A stretch of DNA of 64,000 nt from NCBI RefSeq assembly GCF_048593235.1, contig NC_133617.1, forward strand, positions 345,778,067 through 345,842,066, in the 5' to 3' direction. Positions 62,111-64,000 of this stretch are shown here, piece after piece; position 1 is the stretch's first letter; each line of letters opens with the position of its first letter. The DNA comes from Sminthopsis crassicaudata (lineage: Eukaryota). Under the pieces are notes generated by a model. It was not told the origin of the DNA, ran no database searches, and was given only the letters and a program-made list of their open reading frames with translations. A program made the position numbers and the translations under genes.

Positions 62111-64000
62111 AAGTTCTTCTCTTCTGAGCTGATGTTTGAGGTTGATGCTGATCTTTGTGTTTCCAAAATATATAAATTAGTTTAATTCTCTCTAATACTA
62201 TTACCTGAGAGTTTCATCTAACTTAATAGCTGCCTGGGACTCTAGAAATACCAGAACCAAGAAAGTGACTTTGGGAAATTGTGTATTCTAGATCTGATAG
62301 ATTGAAAATCTTTCTCAAATGACCTAAAAAAGATTCTGGTAGAAACAATTGCAAAAATAATGATTCTACTCACATTTAGAACCAAAGGTTTTCTGTGGTT
62401 TTTCTAGTCTCTCAGTGACTGGAAGGATTTTCCACTTCTGCAGTGATGGAGAAATGAACCCTTGAAAACACACCGAGAAAACATTTGAACTCCATCTGGG
62501 GTAATAAGCCTGAATTGCATAAAGCTGTGTTATAACTATATCTATTCCATACTGTAAAATCTACTTGACAGGCCCTGTAATGTCTATGAGTCTATGCTGC
62601 ATTTGACCTTCCTAGGGAACTGTTGTATTATCAAAAGCTATTGAAATATCAAGCATTATGTCAGCATCATATAGATATATACATTTCAAATATTTTTGCT
62701 CATCAGCTTCAAAAAAACACTTAATTTTTAGCTTTCATAATTTTGTTAATGAGTAGGCGGGAATGAGAGAAAAAATCCGAAAAACCAGGAAGGAAAGGAA
62801 AAAGTAGAAAAATAACCTACGCTGGAAGATTTCAGCAGTTCATAGATATTCTGCTAATACAAAGAGACTTTTATTACTACACTAAGAAGTACAAGGCCGG
62901 TTCCCTGGTAATGTTGCATTAAAATGAATCTATGTGGGCAAATCATTGGGTAGTGATTTAAAATTATCTCATTATGTGATCTGGTATAAATCAGGTAACA
63001 ACAGGGATCTTATTACCCACAAGGTAATGTTTTACTTTTGTTTGTTTGCTTGTTAATTTATTTAAGGAAATATTATCATACCTAAATCTTTGGGTCATTC
63101 TTTAGACTTTGGAGAACTAACAGTCACTTTATAGATATGAATTGACATAGTTGTAAGAACTATCTAACTATATCAGTGCTTCCATAATTTAGACCAAATT
63201 TTATCTCACCAGGATTCCTTGGAGATCTAAAGGTTCCAGATTAGATTAATTTCAAGATCTGAGATATAGACAGAGGAGTATTGGATATCATAATGGATAT
63301 TTTATTGGTGAATAACTGTATATTAGATAAACTCCAAAATAGTGTGGTAATGGAAGCAGGAGGTTGTGATAGAAGGAAGAGGGAAGGACTTCTTGTTTTT
63401 TTTTTTTTTTCCCCTATGATAAAATGTGCTATTATTTCTATTCTACTCCTTATTTTCTTTTAATTTCAAGTTGGGCTAAGACTATATCACAAATAAGTTT
63501 CCAACAAATTAGTGCTTGGGTTTACTTCTCTGAACTTCTTCAATATGATTTTGGCATGGTTTATGTGAAGTTACAAACTGGGAAGCATACAGTTCTAACT
63601 TTCAAGTTATTTAATTGTTGAATTTAATCTCATAGTTAACTTCATAATAATTTCCCATTATCTCAAGTGGGTTGTATGACTGACCTTGGCTTCTCAGATA
63701 AAAAGATTCCCAAATTTCAGATTAATATTTATTCTTAGACTTGGTTCTGGAATTGGATGGGATCTGAGAGGCTGTCTAGTCCAATCTCTTTCATCTTCTT
63801 CCTGCTCTGATTCTGATTGTCTTGACTTTGAAATCACATTTAGCTAATGTTTCATTCTAAAACTTTCCTCAGAGCCTAGAGGTCTTGGAACATTCAACTT
63901 TTACTGTGCCCTACTGATCCCAAAATCCTAGCCATTCCTGAATTGTGCTCTTCTCCCACTGATGGATTTCTACTGGAGTCTTCATTTTGTGGCGGGCTTT

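Noticed and set aside
1-64000. CRISPR arrays, operons, rRNA, tRNA or snRNA genes
   Set aside because: None seen. The sequence is mammalian, the tRNA-like A/B boxes all belong to SINE heads, and the 42-bp ORF1 repeat has no spacers.

Overview
This is an AT-rich, CpG-depleted eukaryotic window of mostly intronic or intergenic character, with four N-gaps. The repeat content points to an Australian marsupial, probably a dasyurid (inference): a WSINE1-like SINE, MAR1-type CORE-SINEs, MIR/MIR3, an RTE fragment, L2, L3/CR1 and an L1 with a long inter-ORF spacer. The dominant feature is a 5.9-kb, 5'-truncated but otherwise near-complete LINE-1 (11983-17875, +) with a 14-bp target-site duplication at a TT/AAAA site. 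Its ORF1 is intact (391 aa) and carries a perfect 42-bp (two-heptad) tandem duplication. Its ORF2 is broken by one nonsense codon, one +1 frameshift and an Asp-to-His change at an endonuclease catalytic position. Two solo LTRs with perfect 4-bp TSDs lie at 33181-33794 and 41085-41524. I recognise no host protein-coding gene, RNA gene or CRISPR array. Several non-repetitive, CpG-retaining patches (about 28.8-29.9, 43.3-43.5 and 51.4-51.8 kb) carry minus-strand splice signals; together with further candidate exons at 42.9 and 21.4 kb they may mark an unidentified spliced transcript or enhancers, but this is unproven. Repeat family names and most old-repeat boundaries come from recalled consensus similarity, not from a database search.
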